DNA of 64,000 nucleotides, taken from contig CAIPHT010000006.1 in NCBI GenBank assembly GCA_903864935.1, forward strand, positions 37,129 through 101,128, written 5' to 3'. How positions within the stretch are numbered: position 1 is the stretch's first letter; each line of letters begins with the position of its first letter. Below, in pieces: positions 27,439-36,974 of the stretch. A model generated the notes under the pieces. It saw only the letters and a program-made list of their open reading frames with translations, was not told the origin of the DNA and searched no databases. A program made the position numbers and the translations under genes. This DNA comes from Candidatus Vogelbacteria bacterium (lineage in GTDB: Bacteria > Patescibacteriota > Minisyncoccia > Phycocordibacterales > XYD1-FULL-46-19).

Positions 27439-29415
27439 ATGAGCAAGATATTAGGCATAGACTTAGGTACTACAAATTCAGCAATGGCGGTCGTTGAGGG
27501 CGGTTCTCCACGAATCGTTGAGAACGTTGAAGGTATGCGCACCACCCCGTCTATCGTGGCCGTTTCTAAAGCTGGCGAGCGACTGGTGGGACAATTAGCT
27601 AAGCGCCAAGCCATCACCAACCCAAAAAACACTATCTTCGGGGTGAAGCGCTTGATGGGTCATAAATTTAACGATCCCAATATCCAAAAAGACAAAGGGC
27701 TCGTCTCCTTCACTATGGAGCAATCCACTGATGGTGGCGTGCAAGTGAAGTTGGGAGATAAGGCCATGCGTCCTGAGGAAGTCTCCGCTCAAATTCTCCA
27801 GAAATTAAAGCATGATGCCGAAGCTAAACTTGGCGAGAAGATTGAAGAAGCAGTGATTACTGTCCCGGCCTACTTCGACGACTCTCAACGTAAGGCCACC
27901 AAGGATGCTGGCGAGATTGCCGGCTTCAAGGTTCGTCGTATCATCAACGAGCCAACAGCCGCCGCGCTCGCTTATGGCCTTGATAAGAAGAAGGATGAGA
28001 AAGTGGTGGTCTACGACTTCGGCGGTGGAACCTTCGACGTCTCGGTCCTCGAAATTATCGGTGGGGAAGAAGAGCAGAGTATCTCCGTTAAGTCCACCGA
28101 TGGTGACTCCCATATGGGCGGTGAAGATATTGATCAGAAGATTATCGAATGGATTGGTGGCGAATTTAAAAAACAAAATGGTATTGATATCACCAAGGAT
28201 GAGCTCGCTCTCCAACGTTTGAAAGAAGCCGCCGAGAAAGCCAAACATGAGCTCTCGACAATGAACCAAACCGAGATTAATATCCCATTCATCACCTCTG
28301 ATGCCAATGGCCCCGTGCACCTCAACATGAGCATGACGCGCGCCACCTTGGAGGACCTCTCACGTGAGTTCGTCGACAAGTCTATCGAGATTACTAAACG
28401 CGCCATGGAGGCCTCTGGACTGGCTATGAGCGATATCAACGAGATTATTATGGTAGGAGGTCAGACCCGTATGCCAGCCATCCAAGAGGCGGTGAAGGCC
28501 CTCTTCGGCAAAGAGCCGAACCGTTCAATTAACCCAGACGAAGTGGTCGCTATCGGCGCCGCTATCCAAGGAGGGATATTTGCCGGTGATGTGAAAGATG
28601 TCTTGCTTCTTGATGTCACCCCACTTTCCCTTGGTATCGAAACCATGGGGGGAATTGCCACCAAGATTATTGAGCGCAATACCACTATCCCAACATCGCG
28701 CTCCCAAGTTTTCTCAACCGCCGCCGACAATCAACCCTCCGTTGAGATTCATATTGTCCAAGGTGAACGCGAGCTCGTTGGTGACAACAAAACTCTGGGT
28801 CGCTTTATCTTAGATGGTATCCCACCAGCCCCACGTGGCCTGCCCCAAGTCGAGGTCACCTTCGATCTTGATGCCAATGGTATTTTGTCGGTCAAAGCAA
28901 AAGAAAAGACGACAAACAAAGAACAATCAATTCGCATTGAGGCTAAAACAAGTTTGAGTAAAGAAGATATCGAAAGAATGAAAAAAGATGCTGAACTTCA
29001 TGCCGAAGAAGATAAGAAAAAGCGTGAAGTTATCGAGACTCGGAATATGGCGGACCAACTTATCTATCAAGCTGAGAAAGCAATCAAAGATGTCGGAGGC
29101 ACCTCAGGTGCCGGAGATACTGTAAGTACAAATAAGATCCCCGAAGATATTAAGAGGGGAGTTGAAGACAAAATTACTGCTCTCAAAGGTGTGAAAGATG
29201 GCGAAGATCTCACTGCGATAAAAACCGCGACCGAAGCCCTCTCCACCGAAATGCAAAAAATTGGTGAAGCGATGATGTCCTCCTCCGCTAAAGCTACGGA
29301 AGGACAAGAAGGCGCTAACCCCGCCTCGGATGCATCCTCGGCGGGCGACACCGACGACACCAACCCTTCCTCCGATTCCCCCGAAGGCAACGTCCGCGAC
29401 GCTGAGACCAAGTAG
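27439..29415 (+). CDS. dnaK: Chaperone DnaK
   Basis: [38 protein letters not shown]. Confidence 0.99.
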   Translation: MSKILGIDLGTTNSAMAVVEGGSPRIVENVEGMRTTPSIVAVSKAGERLVGQLAKRQAITNPKNTIFGVKRLMGHKFNDPNIQKDKGLVSFTMEQSTDGGVQVKLGDKAMRPEEVSAQILQKLKHDAEAKLGEKIEEAVITVPAYFDDSQRKATKDAGEIAGFKVRRIINEPTAAALAYGLDKKKDEKVVVYDFGGGTFDVSVLEIIGGEEEQSISVKSTDGDSHMGGEDIDQKIIEWIGGEFKKQNGIDITKDELALQRLKEAAEKAKHELSTMNQTEINIPFITSDANGPVHLNMSMTRATLEDLSREFVDKSIEITKRAMEASGLAMSDINEIIMVGGQTRMPAIQEAVKALFGKEPNRSINPDEVVAIGAAIQGGIFAGDVKDVLLLDVTPLSLGIETMGGIATKIIERNTTIPTSRSQVFSTAADNQPSVEIHIVQGERELVGDNKTLGRFILDGIPPAPRGLPQVEVTFDLDANGILSVKAKEKTTNKEQSIRIEAKTSLSKEDIERMKKDAELHAEEDKKKREVIETRNMADQLIYQAEKAIKDVGGTSGAGDTVSTNKIPEDIKRGVEDKITALKGVKDGEDLTAIKTATEALSTEMQKIGEAMMSSSAKATEGQEGANPASDASSAGDTDDTNPSSDSPEGNVRDAETK

Positions 29416-29481
29416 GTTTTAGAAGTTGGCACTTCGCGTAGCCAAGTCCAACTTCGAAAACTTTAATTTATTCAAAAGGAA

Positions 29482-29529
29482 AACCCACCGTGTGTCAGAC
29501 GGAGGGTTCTCCGAATTCACACGGCGGGT
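29482..29529 (-). repeat. Shared long 3' hairpin family, copy after gene 29535-30338
   Basis: Reverse complement aligns with 32693-32740; related copy at 49507-49558. Confidence 0.75.
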
Positions 29530-29534
29530 GGGGA

Positions 29535-30338
29535 TCAATACGCCTTAGTTTCCAGGCAGTGACGAACACCGTAGTCTGCCTCTTTCGAGTGGGTCTCCCC
29601 AAGGCTAATGGCGATCGCCAGGGCACGCTCAGGATCTTTTTTGGCTAGTCTCAACAGCATTTTCGCCAAGTTGGGGCTCTGGTGCGGACATGCGAACATG
29701 ACTGTGCCAAGAGTGTCAGCCATAAGCTCTGGCGCCAAAAACCAGAAAACCTCAGGAAGATTTAGAAAGTGTTCATTCGTCTTGGGATTACATGTCGCTG
29801 AAATACCCGCCTTGGTGAGAAGAGCAAGGGCCTCCGCTAAATTAAGGCCCTTGGCCGCATGGGCAATTCGCGTAAGCTCCACCGCCTGATTTGCCATTTC
29901 TTGGCGGGCCATCGCTTCCTTCTCTCTCTCATTCTTTCCCTTAATATACCAATAAATGGGGAGGGCCATAAAGTAGAGAACGAGCACCTCTGTGACAGAG
30001 AACAGGGCAACCCACAGCGGAGTCGGAAGGTTCGTGATCCCGAAGAAATAGATAAACGGGACAAGAACAACCCCAGTAAAGGCCAAGATCGCTTCTCCAC
30101 GAAAAATAAAATTCTTCGCGTCGGGGTCAAGCGCATTCCAAAACCCTTTCAACTCTTTCCGCACCGTTGCCCACTTCTGGCTCAACTTCTTGCCGTAAGC
30201 AAGGTTGACCATAGAAGCAAGGGCGATCAAGGCACACGGCAGCATGACCTTAAAGGGTTGGGACATCATCGCCGAGGCCAACATGGACAGGAGAAGGCAG
30301 ATGGCCAAAACCACAACTTCAAGTCTCTTCGCGTTCAT
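29535..30338 (-). CDS. Hypothetical membrane protein (about 4 TM plus soluble C-terminus)
   Basis: Hydrophobic segments. Start at 30338 follows AAGGA; the track start at 30359 is an alternative. Promoter at 30517-30545. Confidence 0.7.
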   Translation of the reverse strand: MNAKRLEVVVLAICLLLSMLASAMMSQPFKVMLPCALIALASMVNLAYGKKLSQKWATVRKELKGFWNALDPDAKNFIFRGEAILAFTGVVLVPFIYFFGITNLPTPLWVALFSVTEVLVLYFMALPIYWYIKGKNEREKEAMARQEMANQAVELTRIAHAAKGLNLAEALALLTKAGISATCNPKTNEHFLNLPEVFWFLAPELMADTLGTVMFACPHQSPNLAKMLLRLAKKDPERALAIAISLGETHSKEADYGVRHCLETKAY

Positions 30339-30550
30339 GACAATGTTCCTTTTCTTCATCCGCGGGGAATGCTCAGGGCCGATTTCTACGCAGGGTAGAC
30401 CTAAGTCACCTTCGCCTGCAACAGAGCAAGCTACGGCGAACCAAGGAGGGGGTTGCCCTAATCAGCTGATTTCAAGAGTGCCTTACTGAATTTCAGACAC
30501 TCACTTTCTGCTTCTAATTATACTCTCATTTTACTGCCCTGTCAAGCCAT

Positions 30551-30588
30551 GGTAATCATCCATTCACGACCGTGAACGATTTGTTACC
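30551..30588. repeat. Palindromic repeat family A, orphan copy
   Basis: ggtaatcatccattcacgaccgtgaacgatttgttacc. Confidence 0.8.
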
Positions 30589-30677
30589 TTGTTCGAAACC
30601 TTTCCCCCAACAAAAGAGCCCGCCATACGGAGGCGAGCTCCATTGGCGGACTAGCGGTTTGGCAGTGTCCTTTCCGT

Positions 30678-30794
30678 TCAACAAAAGGCCTTAACCAGAA
30701 AGTACAGCACCATCCCTCCGACGACGAGCACCATCAACCACTGTGGCGGACCAATCGGAACAGGGTCGTCATCCCAATATCTTTTCTCACTCAT
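30678..30794 (-). CDS. Small single-TM peptide, 38 aa (not in ORF track)
   Basis: MSEKRYWDDDPVPIGPPQWLMVLVVGGMVLYFLVKAFC. SD AGAGGAG, perfect TTGACA-17-TATAAT at 30832-30860, terminator at 30609-30649. Confidence 0.65.
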   Translation of the reverse strand: MSEKRYWDDDPVPIGPPQWLMVLVVGGMVLYFLVKAFC

Positions 30795-30881
30795 GGCGAA
30801 TCTCCTCTAAGTTGCCATCGTTCTGCTTTCTATTATACACCTTTCTATTCTCTCTGTCAAGCCCAACTCTTGTCTAAAAAA

Positions 30882-30912
30882 CCTTAGTGTGCGAGATTGG
30901 ATATCGCACACT
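30882..30912. repeat. REP-like palindrome family E, orphan copy
   Basis: ccttagtgtgcgagattggatatcgcacact. Confidence 0.85.
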
Positions 30913-30995
30913 TTAGTAAAATGTAGATAAAAATATAAACAAAAGATCCCGCCAACAGAGACGAACTCCATTGGCGGGGGAATAAGCTGATTATC

Positions 30996-31211
30996 TTATC
31001 TCCTGGATCTCTCCCACTCCTCTCTGGTAAAGCCAAAAGGTATGTAGGCCGGAGCAAGAGATGAGGAAGTGCTTCTTGAGGGCCCGTGGGGTAAAATCAG
31101 ACGGGCACACCTCTCAGCGTCACCCTGTGGTTGGCGGGGTGTCTCCACCCTGATCTTGACGGATCCATCGTCTGGAACACAGCAATTATATCCACCGTTT
31201 AGGTCAGCCAT
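30996..31211 (-). CDS. Small hypothetical protein, 71 aa
   Basis: SD GGGAG, TTGACA at about 31276-31281, terminator at 30938-30977. Confidence 0.55.
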   Translation of the reverse strand: MADLNGGYNCCVPDDGSVKIRVETPRQPQGDAERCARLILPHGPSRSTSSSLAPAYIPFGFTREEWERSRR

Positions 31212-31327
31212 GATAAAATTCTCCCTAGGGTTAGATGTTCACACTCTGTCTGTACGATAGCATTTTTTATATTATTGTCAACCCGACCCTTGTTCATCCT
31301 TAAAAACATAGTATAATCAACATCATT

Positions 31328-32449
31328 ATGCCCAAAGATTATTACAAAACTCTAGGTGTGGAGAAGGGGGCCTCGAAGGAGGAGCTCAAGAAAGCCTTCC
31401 ATAAACTCGCCCACAAACATCATCCTGACAAACAGGGTGGCGATGAAGCGAAGTTCAAAGAAATTAACGAGGCCTATCAAATTCTCTCAGACGACAATAA
31501 GCGCGCGCAATATGACCGCTTCGGCGAAGCGGGAACTAATGGCGGATTTGGTGGAGGACAACCAGGGGGCGGGCAAGGTGGAGGCTTCGGCGGATTTGAT
31601 TTCTCGGGCTTTCAAAATGCTAATGGCGGACAAGGTTTTGAATTTGATCTCGGTGATATCTTCGGCGAAATGTTTGGTGGCGGCGGCGGACGCGGTCAGG
31701 TACGACGTGGACGCGATATCTCTGTCGATATTCAGATTAGCTTCAAAGAGGCGGTCTTTGGTGTAGAGCGCAATATTTTAATCAATAAAATTAGCGAATG
31801 TGATACTTGTCATGGCTCTGGTGCGGAGGCTGGCTCACAAATGAAAAAATGTGCCACTTGTGGCGGCAAGGGTAAGGTCAACGAAACCCGTCGTTCCATC
31901 TTCGGCACCTTCCAATCTTCCCACGAATGCCCCGACTGTCATGGCAAAGGCGAAGTCCCAGACAAGAAATGCAAGACCTGCCGTGGCGAAGGTGTCTATA
32001 ACAAGCAAACAAATATTAAAGTTGCTGTTCCCGCTGGCATGGATGCCGGCGAGATGATACGTCTCACTGGACAAGGCGAAGCGGTTGCCGGTGGACAAGC
32101 CGGAGATCTTTATGTGAAAGTTCATATCGAGAAAGATAATATTTGGAAGCGAGTGGGTAATGACCTCACAACCGAAATTAAAATTAAATTAACAGATGCG
32201 CTCTTAGGTTCTGACTACAATCTCGAAACACTCGATGGCCCATTAACGCTTAAAGTCCCGGCCGGCCTCACCTATGGCGAAATATTGCGTGTGAAGGCGA
32301 AGGGGGTACCGGCACGTTCCGCCTCCGCCAGAGGCTTCGGCGAGACAAAGCGAGGAGACCTACTTATCCGCGTCACTTTTCCAACACCAGCCAAACTCTC
32401 CAAGACGGCTCGCAAAGCTATTGAGGATCTTCAGTCTGAGGGCCTCTAG
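31328..32449 (+). CDS. dnaJ: Chaperone DnaJ
   Basis: J-domain HPD, G/F-rich region, four CxxCxGxG repeats. Confidence 0.98.
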   Translation: MPKDYYKTLGVEKGASKEELKKAFHKLAHKHHPDKQGGDEAKFKEINEAYQILSDDNKRAQYDRFGEAGTNGGFGGGQPGGGQGGGFGGFDFSGFQNANGGQGFEFDLGDIFGEMFGGGGGRGQVRRGRDISVDIQISFKEAVFGVERNILINKISECDTCHGSGAEAGSQMKKCATCGGKGKVNETRRSIFGTFQSSHECPDCHGKGEVPDKKCKTCRGEGVYNKQTNIKVAVPAGMDAGEMIRLTGQGEAVAGGQAGDLYVKVHIEKDNIWKRVGNDLTTEIKIKLTDALLGSDYNLETLDGPLTLKVPAGLTYGEILRVKAKGVPARSASARGFGETKRGDLLIRVTFPTPAKLSKTARKAIEDLQSEGL

Positions 32450-32521
32450 ACATAAGCTCCCAATTATGATATAAGATGGAGAGAGGAGCTATCCTGACAA
32501 CAGGAGAAAGGAAACCCAACC

Positions 32522-32680
32522 ATGCTTCTGACTGTTGTGGAATTGTTGGCAATTGTTTTCTTGTCCCTAGGAATCTATGTTCTGCTCTGCTGGATAAGAA
32601 AGGACAGCAAGGAAAAGAGGGAACAGAAAAGGCAAGAACAGCTCCACAGAGGAGCAAGTATGCCAAAGACTTACGACTAA
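32522..32680 (+). CDS. Small single-TM peptide, 52 aa (not in ORF track)
   Basis: MLLTVVELLAIVFLSLGIYVLLCWIRKDSKEKREQKRQEQLHRGASMPKTYD. SD GAAAGGA, hairpin at 32693-32750. Confidence 0.65.
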   Translation: MLLTVVELLAIVFLSLGIYVLLCWIRKDSKEKREQKRQEQLHRGASMPKTYD

Positions 32681-32790
32681 CCTTAGCCACACCACCCGCC
32701 GGCGCCAAACGGAGACCCTCCGTCTGGCACACGGCGGGTTTTCTGTTTTTTCAAAATTACCCCGACCTATTTCCCATACTTATAATTATA

Positions 32791-32836
32791 ACCTTATGTA
32801 CAAAATCAGACGGCCGTCCAAAAGTGTACATAAGGT
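32791..32836. repeat. Palindromic repeat family B, downstream flank of PaaX-like gene 2
   Basis: accttatgtacaaaatcagacggccgtccaaaagtgtacataaggt. Confidence 0.85.
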
Positions 32837-32850
32837 TCTTTATAAAATAT

Positions 32851-33372
32851 TTAGATAATATCTGTTTCTTTAACTTCAAAAAATTTCAGAAAAGGCGTAA
32901 TCTTCGCTACTTTCAAAAACTCAATAAATTCTGGGGGTAACGGGGCGGGGCCAAGCCAGACACTCTGTTGCATTTTTTTGAAACCGAGGGTTACCAATTC
33001 TATCCTCAACCAGTTTCTGTCTTTACGTCTCGCTTCGGGAATGTCAAAAGCTATAATAATCTTGCGGTCTGATTTTTTCTGTTTATTTTCTACTCTGGCA
33101 TATTTTTTAGAAAACTTACTTTTACCAAATTTATTCTTACCGAAAACTGTGATTTTCCAAAGACCATCTTTATTTTCAACCAAACCCTGCTTTTTCAGGC
33201 GAGACAGGGCAACCCTAAGAGAATTATCAAAAACTTTATCCTCCTTTATTTTAGAACCCTCCCCCAGATCATCAAAGCCAGGACCAACACGCCGAAGCAT
33301 CCGTTCTCTCAAACGGCTATAATTTCCGGGACTATTCGATAAGAAAAATAACAATTCTTCACCAATACTCAT
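32851..33372 (-). CDS. PaaX-like wHTH plus Cas2/VapD-like protein 2
   Basis: SLRVALSRLKKQGLVE...WKITVFG (PaaX N-terminus); IIAFDIPEARRKDRNWLR...GFKKMQQSVW. Start uncertain (33372, 33390 or 33426). Confidence 0.8.
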   Translation of the reverse strand: MSIGEELLFFLSNSPGNYSRLRERMLRRVGPGFDDLGEGSKIKEDKVFDNSLRVALSRLKKQGLVENKDGLWKITVFGKNKFGKSKFSKKYARVENKQKKSDRKIIIAFDIPEARRKDRNWLRIELVTLGFKKMQQSVWLGPAPLPPEFIEFLKVAKITPFLKFFEVKETDII

Positions 33373-33400
33373 TTTTTTATTTATCACCATATTATCATAT

Positions 33401-33429
33401 TTGGACGGCCGTCCAAAAGTGTACATAAG
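33401..33429. repeat. Palindromic repeat family B, upstream flank
   Basis: ttggacggccgtccaaaagtgtacataag; 26 nt identical to the downstream copy. Confidence 0.85.
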
Positions 33430-33513
33430 ATAAATTAGACAGCTCTAGGCAAAACGAAGAGAAAAGAGTAACATTAAATCGGAAAGCAACTTCAACTCAT
33501 GGAGGACAGTGCG

Positions 33514-33741
33514 ATGCAACAGGAATATCGTTGCGACCGTTGGCTCCACGGTATTGGAGTCTTCCTTGTTTTTGTCAGTTTGGCCTTGTTGGCCTGGTCA
33601 ATCAATGAGGAAAGTCTTGGGATTTTTGTCTCCTTTATTTTCTTTCTAATTGTCGGTTTTGCCCTAAGCTACGAACCCGGCAAGATAGAGGAGAAACTAA
33701 GGAAATTCCGAGATTGGCGAGAAAAAACTAATCGTGAATAA
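33514..33741 (+). CDS. Small 2-TM membrane protein
   Basis: SD GGAGG at 33501-33505, two hydrophobic helices, terminator at 33741-33776. Confidence 0.65.
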   Translation: MQQEYRCDRWLHGIGVFLVFVSLALLAWSINEESLGIFVSFIFFLIVGFALSYEPGKIEEKLRKFRDWREKTNRE

Positions 33742-33795
33742 CCCGCCCAGCAGAGCTGGGCGGGTTTCCTCTTTTTATGCTATCATAAGGCAAAT

Positions 33796-35130
33796 ATGGA
33801 AAGCTGGATCAAAACTAGGAACAAAATTATTGGTTGGAATTATCGAAATATTCTCAAACCAATTCTCTTCAAATTCGATCCTGAAGATATCCACGACTTA
33901 TTTATTAAAGTAGGGAATCTCCTTGGCCAAACATCCGCCACTCGATATTTAACAAGAGTTCTTTTTGATTATGAGAACCCAGTGCTTGAACAAGAAATTT
34001 TGGGCATCAAATTTAAAAATCCAGTTGGCCTCTCGGCTGGCTTCGACAAGAATGCAAGACTAACAAAAATCTTACCAGCTGTTGGCTTTGGTTTTGCTGA
34101 AGCGGGTTCAGTCACTGGCCGACCCTGCAAGGGCAATGAGGGGCGACATTTATGGCGCTTGCCTAAGTCTAAGAGTTTGATTGTTTATTATGGTTTGACG
34201 AATGATGGGGCAGAGGCCATCGCCAGGCGATTGTTAGAAGTCCAACTTCAAGTGAGCCCGAAGTTGGACTTCGAACAAGAAGCCAAGGGTCCGGAAGTTG
34301 GACTTCGGGCTCACTTGAAGTCCAACTTCCTACACAAGTCCAACTTCGTTCTGGGCATCAGTCTCGCCAAAACAAACGACCAAAAAACCATCACGACCGA
34401 AGCGGGGACTGCTGATTATATTAAAGCCTATGAAGCCTTCCTCAAGACCGACGTTGGCGACTACTTCACCATCAACATCAGTTGCCCCAACACCTTTGGT
34501 GGCGAACCTTTTGTTGAACCAGAACGTCTTGATTTGTTACTCTCCGCTTTTGCTAAAATAAGAGACGAAGAATCTGCCCGAGGACTACCCTCGGTCAAAG
34601 CGAAAGAAGTCCAACTTCAAGTGAGCCCGAAGTTGGACTTCGTGAGCGTCAACCGTCCACTTTTTATAAAACTCCCACCAGACCTAAGTGAAGAAAAACT
34701 AGACGCCATTATTGAACTGGTCAAGAAATATAAAATCAATGGCTTCGTCTCGACAAATCTCACCAAGGACCGAAACAATCCACTAATTAAAGATAAAATA
34801 AAGGATCCTTTGCCCACAGACAAAGGGGGATTGTCAGGTAAGATTGTTGAGGAGCTCGCAACCAAGCAAATTGAATATATTTATAAAAAAATAAAAGATC
34901 TCCCTCAGACCGAGAGACCTATCATCATTGGTTGCGGAGGCATCTTCACAGCCCAAGACGCCTACAACAAAATCAAAGCTGGCGCCTCACTCCTCCAACT
35001 CATCACCGGGATGATTTTCGAAGGCCCTCAAGTCATTAGCGAGATCAATCAAGGCCTGGTCACCCTGCTCCAAAAAGATGGGTATAAAAATATAAGTGAG
35101 GCGGTAGGGAAGTCTACTTGCCAACCATAA
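33796..35130 (+). CDS. pyrD: Quinone-dependent dihydroorotate dehydrogenase with in-frame repeat insertions
   Basis: NPVGLSAGFDKN, INISCPNT, KLPPDL, GGLSG, IIGCGGI, AGASLLQL. Confidence 0.93.
   Translation: MESWIKTRNKIIGWNYRNILKPILFKFDPEDIHDLFIKVGNLLGQTSATRYLTRVLFDYENPVLEQEILGIKFKNPVGLSAGFDKNARLTKILPAVGFGFAEAGSVTGRPCKGNEGRHLWRLPKSKSLIVYYGLTNDGAEAIARRLLEVQLQVSPKLDFEQEAKGPEVGLRAHLKSNFLHKSNFVLGISLAKTNDQKTITTEAGTADYIKAYEAFLKTDVGDYFTINISCPNTFGGEPFVEPERLDLLLSAFAKIRDEESARGLPSVKAKEVQLQVSPKLDFVSVNRPLFIKLPPDLSEEKLDAIIELVKKYKINGFVSTNLTKDRNNPLIKDKIKDPLPTDKGGLSGKIVEELATKQIEYIYKKIKDLPQTERPIIIGCGGIFTAQDAYNKIKAGASLLQLITGMIFEGPQVISEINQGLVTLLQKDGYKNISEAVGKSTCQP
34237..34348. repeat. Palindrome family D cluster inside pyrD
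   Basis: gaagtccaacttcaagtgagcccgaagttggacttc plus rearranged copies; identical 36-mer at 34606-34641. Confidence 0.9.
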
Positions 35131-35154
35131 CCTTATTTTGTTAATATTATCGTT

Positions 35155-35526
35155 ATGGAGAACTTAGATCCAAAAAACACAAAAAAGGAAACCATAGCAA
35201 TGATAGAGAGATTGCCCGATGAAACCCTCTCACAATTGGCAATAGCCGGCTTCGTACATGTTACGGGTCTGGGAACTCAAATTTTGCGAGTAGAGGATGT
35301 TATCAAGGCTAATGAAAGGGATCTTGGACGTTGGAATACGTATAACGGTAAGACCGTCTTGGTAACCGTCGATGGCCAAGTCTGGCTTGGCAAAGGCCTT
35401 CTGTCCAACGAGCTGGTTGCCGAACTCTGCCCAAATGGTCAGGGAGCGAACATCCCCTGCTCTTATGGAGAGATGATCTATGTCGACAGACTCCTTGACC
35501 GCTTTGCTCACCCCTACGGCATATAG
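35155..35526 (+). CDS. Hypothetical protein
   Basis: 123-aa ORF followed by a long GC hairpin and T-run at 35541-35600. Confidence 0.65.
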   Translation: MENLDPKNTKKETIAMIERLPDETLSQLAIAGFVHVTGLGTQILRVEDVIKANERDLGRWNTYNGKTVLVTVDGQVWLGKGLLSNELVAELCPNGQGANIPCSYGEMIYVDRLLDRFAHPYGI

Positions 35527-35608
35527 CCGGCCCCCATTACTCCCGCCCGTACGGCGGCAACGAATCCCGTTGCTAGCAGTACGTGGCGGGATTTTTTGTT
35601 TAAGAAAA

Positions 35609-35732
35609 GGAAGTTAGAAGTCGGATCTGGCTACGCGAGATACGACTTCAGAACTTCCTAACAAAAGAAGTCCAACTTCAAGTGCCTGCCCCTCGAAGCC
35701 TTGGCGAAGTGGGGAGCCCGAAGTTGGACTTC
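35609..35732. repeat. Intergenic palindrome cluster including a nested family D element
   Basis: ggaagttagaagtcg...cgacttcagaacttcc, then gaagtccaacttcaagtg[30 nt]agcccgaagttggacttc. Confidence 0.85.
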
Positions 35733-35747
35733 GCGAGTGATTAGAAT

Positions 35748-36962
35748 TTATTTAAAAATAATTTTCTTGTAGGTTTTTTTACCAGTCCGAAGAAGAACAA
35801 AATCTCGCCCATCTTTAGTTATAGAAACAAGACTATTGGAAACAGGGACATCGTCAACATAAACTCCACCACCATCCACAAGCCGACGCGCCTGCGTTTT
35901 AGACATTGCCATTTGTGCCAACATCAATAAATCCGCAATATTAATACCAACTTCATTAATTTCTACTTCCAAACTCGGTATTGCCTCCGAATCAGCTCCA
36001 GCTCCAGAGAAAAGCTCAAGCGCCGCTTGTTTGGCCTTCTCCGCCTCAGCCTCGCCATGGATAAACTTAGTCACTTCATAAGCCAAAACTTCTTTGGCCT
36101 GCTTTATCTCCGCGCCTTCTAATTTTTCTAAATTGGCGATTTCTTCGAGGGAAAGGAAGGTAAAAATCTTCAAGAATTTACCCACATCACGGTCGTCAAC
36201 ATTAATCCAGTATTGATAAAAATCGAAGGGGGAGTATTTGCTCGCCTCAAGCCAGACAGCGCCCCCCACACTCTTGCCCATCTTCTTGCCATCGCTGGTC
36301 GTGATAAGGGGAATAGTGAAAGCATAAACTTCTTGCTCACGCTTGCGACGGATCAAATCCACACCGGCCAAGATATTGCCCCACTGATCGCTCCCTCCGA
36401 TCTGCAATTTGCAAGCAAACTCATCATGAAGATGAAGATAATCGACAGCCTGTAGCAAAAGATAATTAAACTCAAAAAAAGTTAGGCCTTGTTCACTCTC
36501 TAAGCGGTCACGATAGGTCTCATTCTTAATCATCTCGTTGACCTTAAAATAGGAGCCATATTCTTGCAAGAATCCAAGATAATTAACATCACGGAACCAA
36601 TCAAGATTATTCACAAACTCCACTTCATAACCTTTTAGAAGTTTGCGCACCTGAGCCGAGAGAGAAGCGTAATTGTGGTCTAAGGTCTCAGTGCTCATCA
36701 TCTGACGCATCTCAGTGCGACCAGAGGGATCTCCCACCATACCAGTGGCACCACCGACGAGACACACGGGCTTATGGCCAGCCGCGGCCAAACGGGCCAT
36801 GGTAATGATCAAAGCCAAACTCCCTACATGCAAACTGTCGGCGGTCGGATCAAACCCAGCATAAAAGGAAATTTTCTCTTTCCCCAAGACTTCACCAAGC
36901 TTGCCCTCGTGTGACTCTTGGGCGAGTAACCCACGCGCCTTTAATTCTTCGATAATATTCAT
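35748..36962 (-). CDS. tyrS: Tyrosine--tRNA ligase
   Basis: YAGFDPTADSLHVG, QIGGSDQWGNI, KMGKS, C-terminal S4 domain. Confidence 0.97.
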   Translation of the reverse strand: MNIIEELKARGLLAQESHEGKLGEVLGKEKISFYAGFDPTADSLHVGSLALIITMARLAAAGHKPVCLVGGATGMVGDPSGRTEMRQMMSTETLDHNYASLSAQVRKLLKGYEVEFVNNLDWFRDVNYLGFLQEYGSYFKVNEMIKNETYRDRLESEQGLTFFEFNYLLLQAVDYLHLHDEFACKLQIGGSDQWGNILAGVDLIRRKREQEVYAFTIPLITTSDGKKMGKSVGGAVWLEASKYSPFDFYQYWINVDDRDVGKFLKIFTFLSLEEIANLEKLEGAEIKQAKEVLAYEVTKFIHGEAEAEKAKQAALELFSGAGADSEAIPSLEVEINEVGINIADLLMLAQMAMSKTQARRLVDGGGVYVDDVPVSNSLVSITKDGRDFVLLRTGKKTYKKIIFK

Positions 36963-36974
36963 AGTAACTCAATT

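Noticed and set aside
32476-32940. 154-aa plus-strand ORF
   Set aside because: It runs through a terminator, a palindrome and an antisense gene. The SD-led 32522-32680 peptide is more plausible.
34237-34348. CRISPR-like array from the 36-nt repeats in pyrD
   Set aside because: Copies are inverted or rearranged, irregularly spaced and lie within a coding frame.
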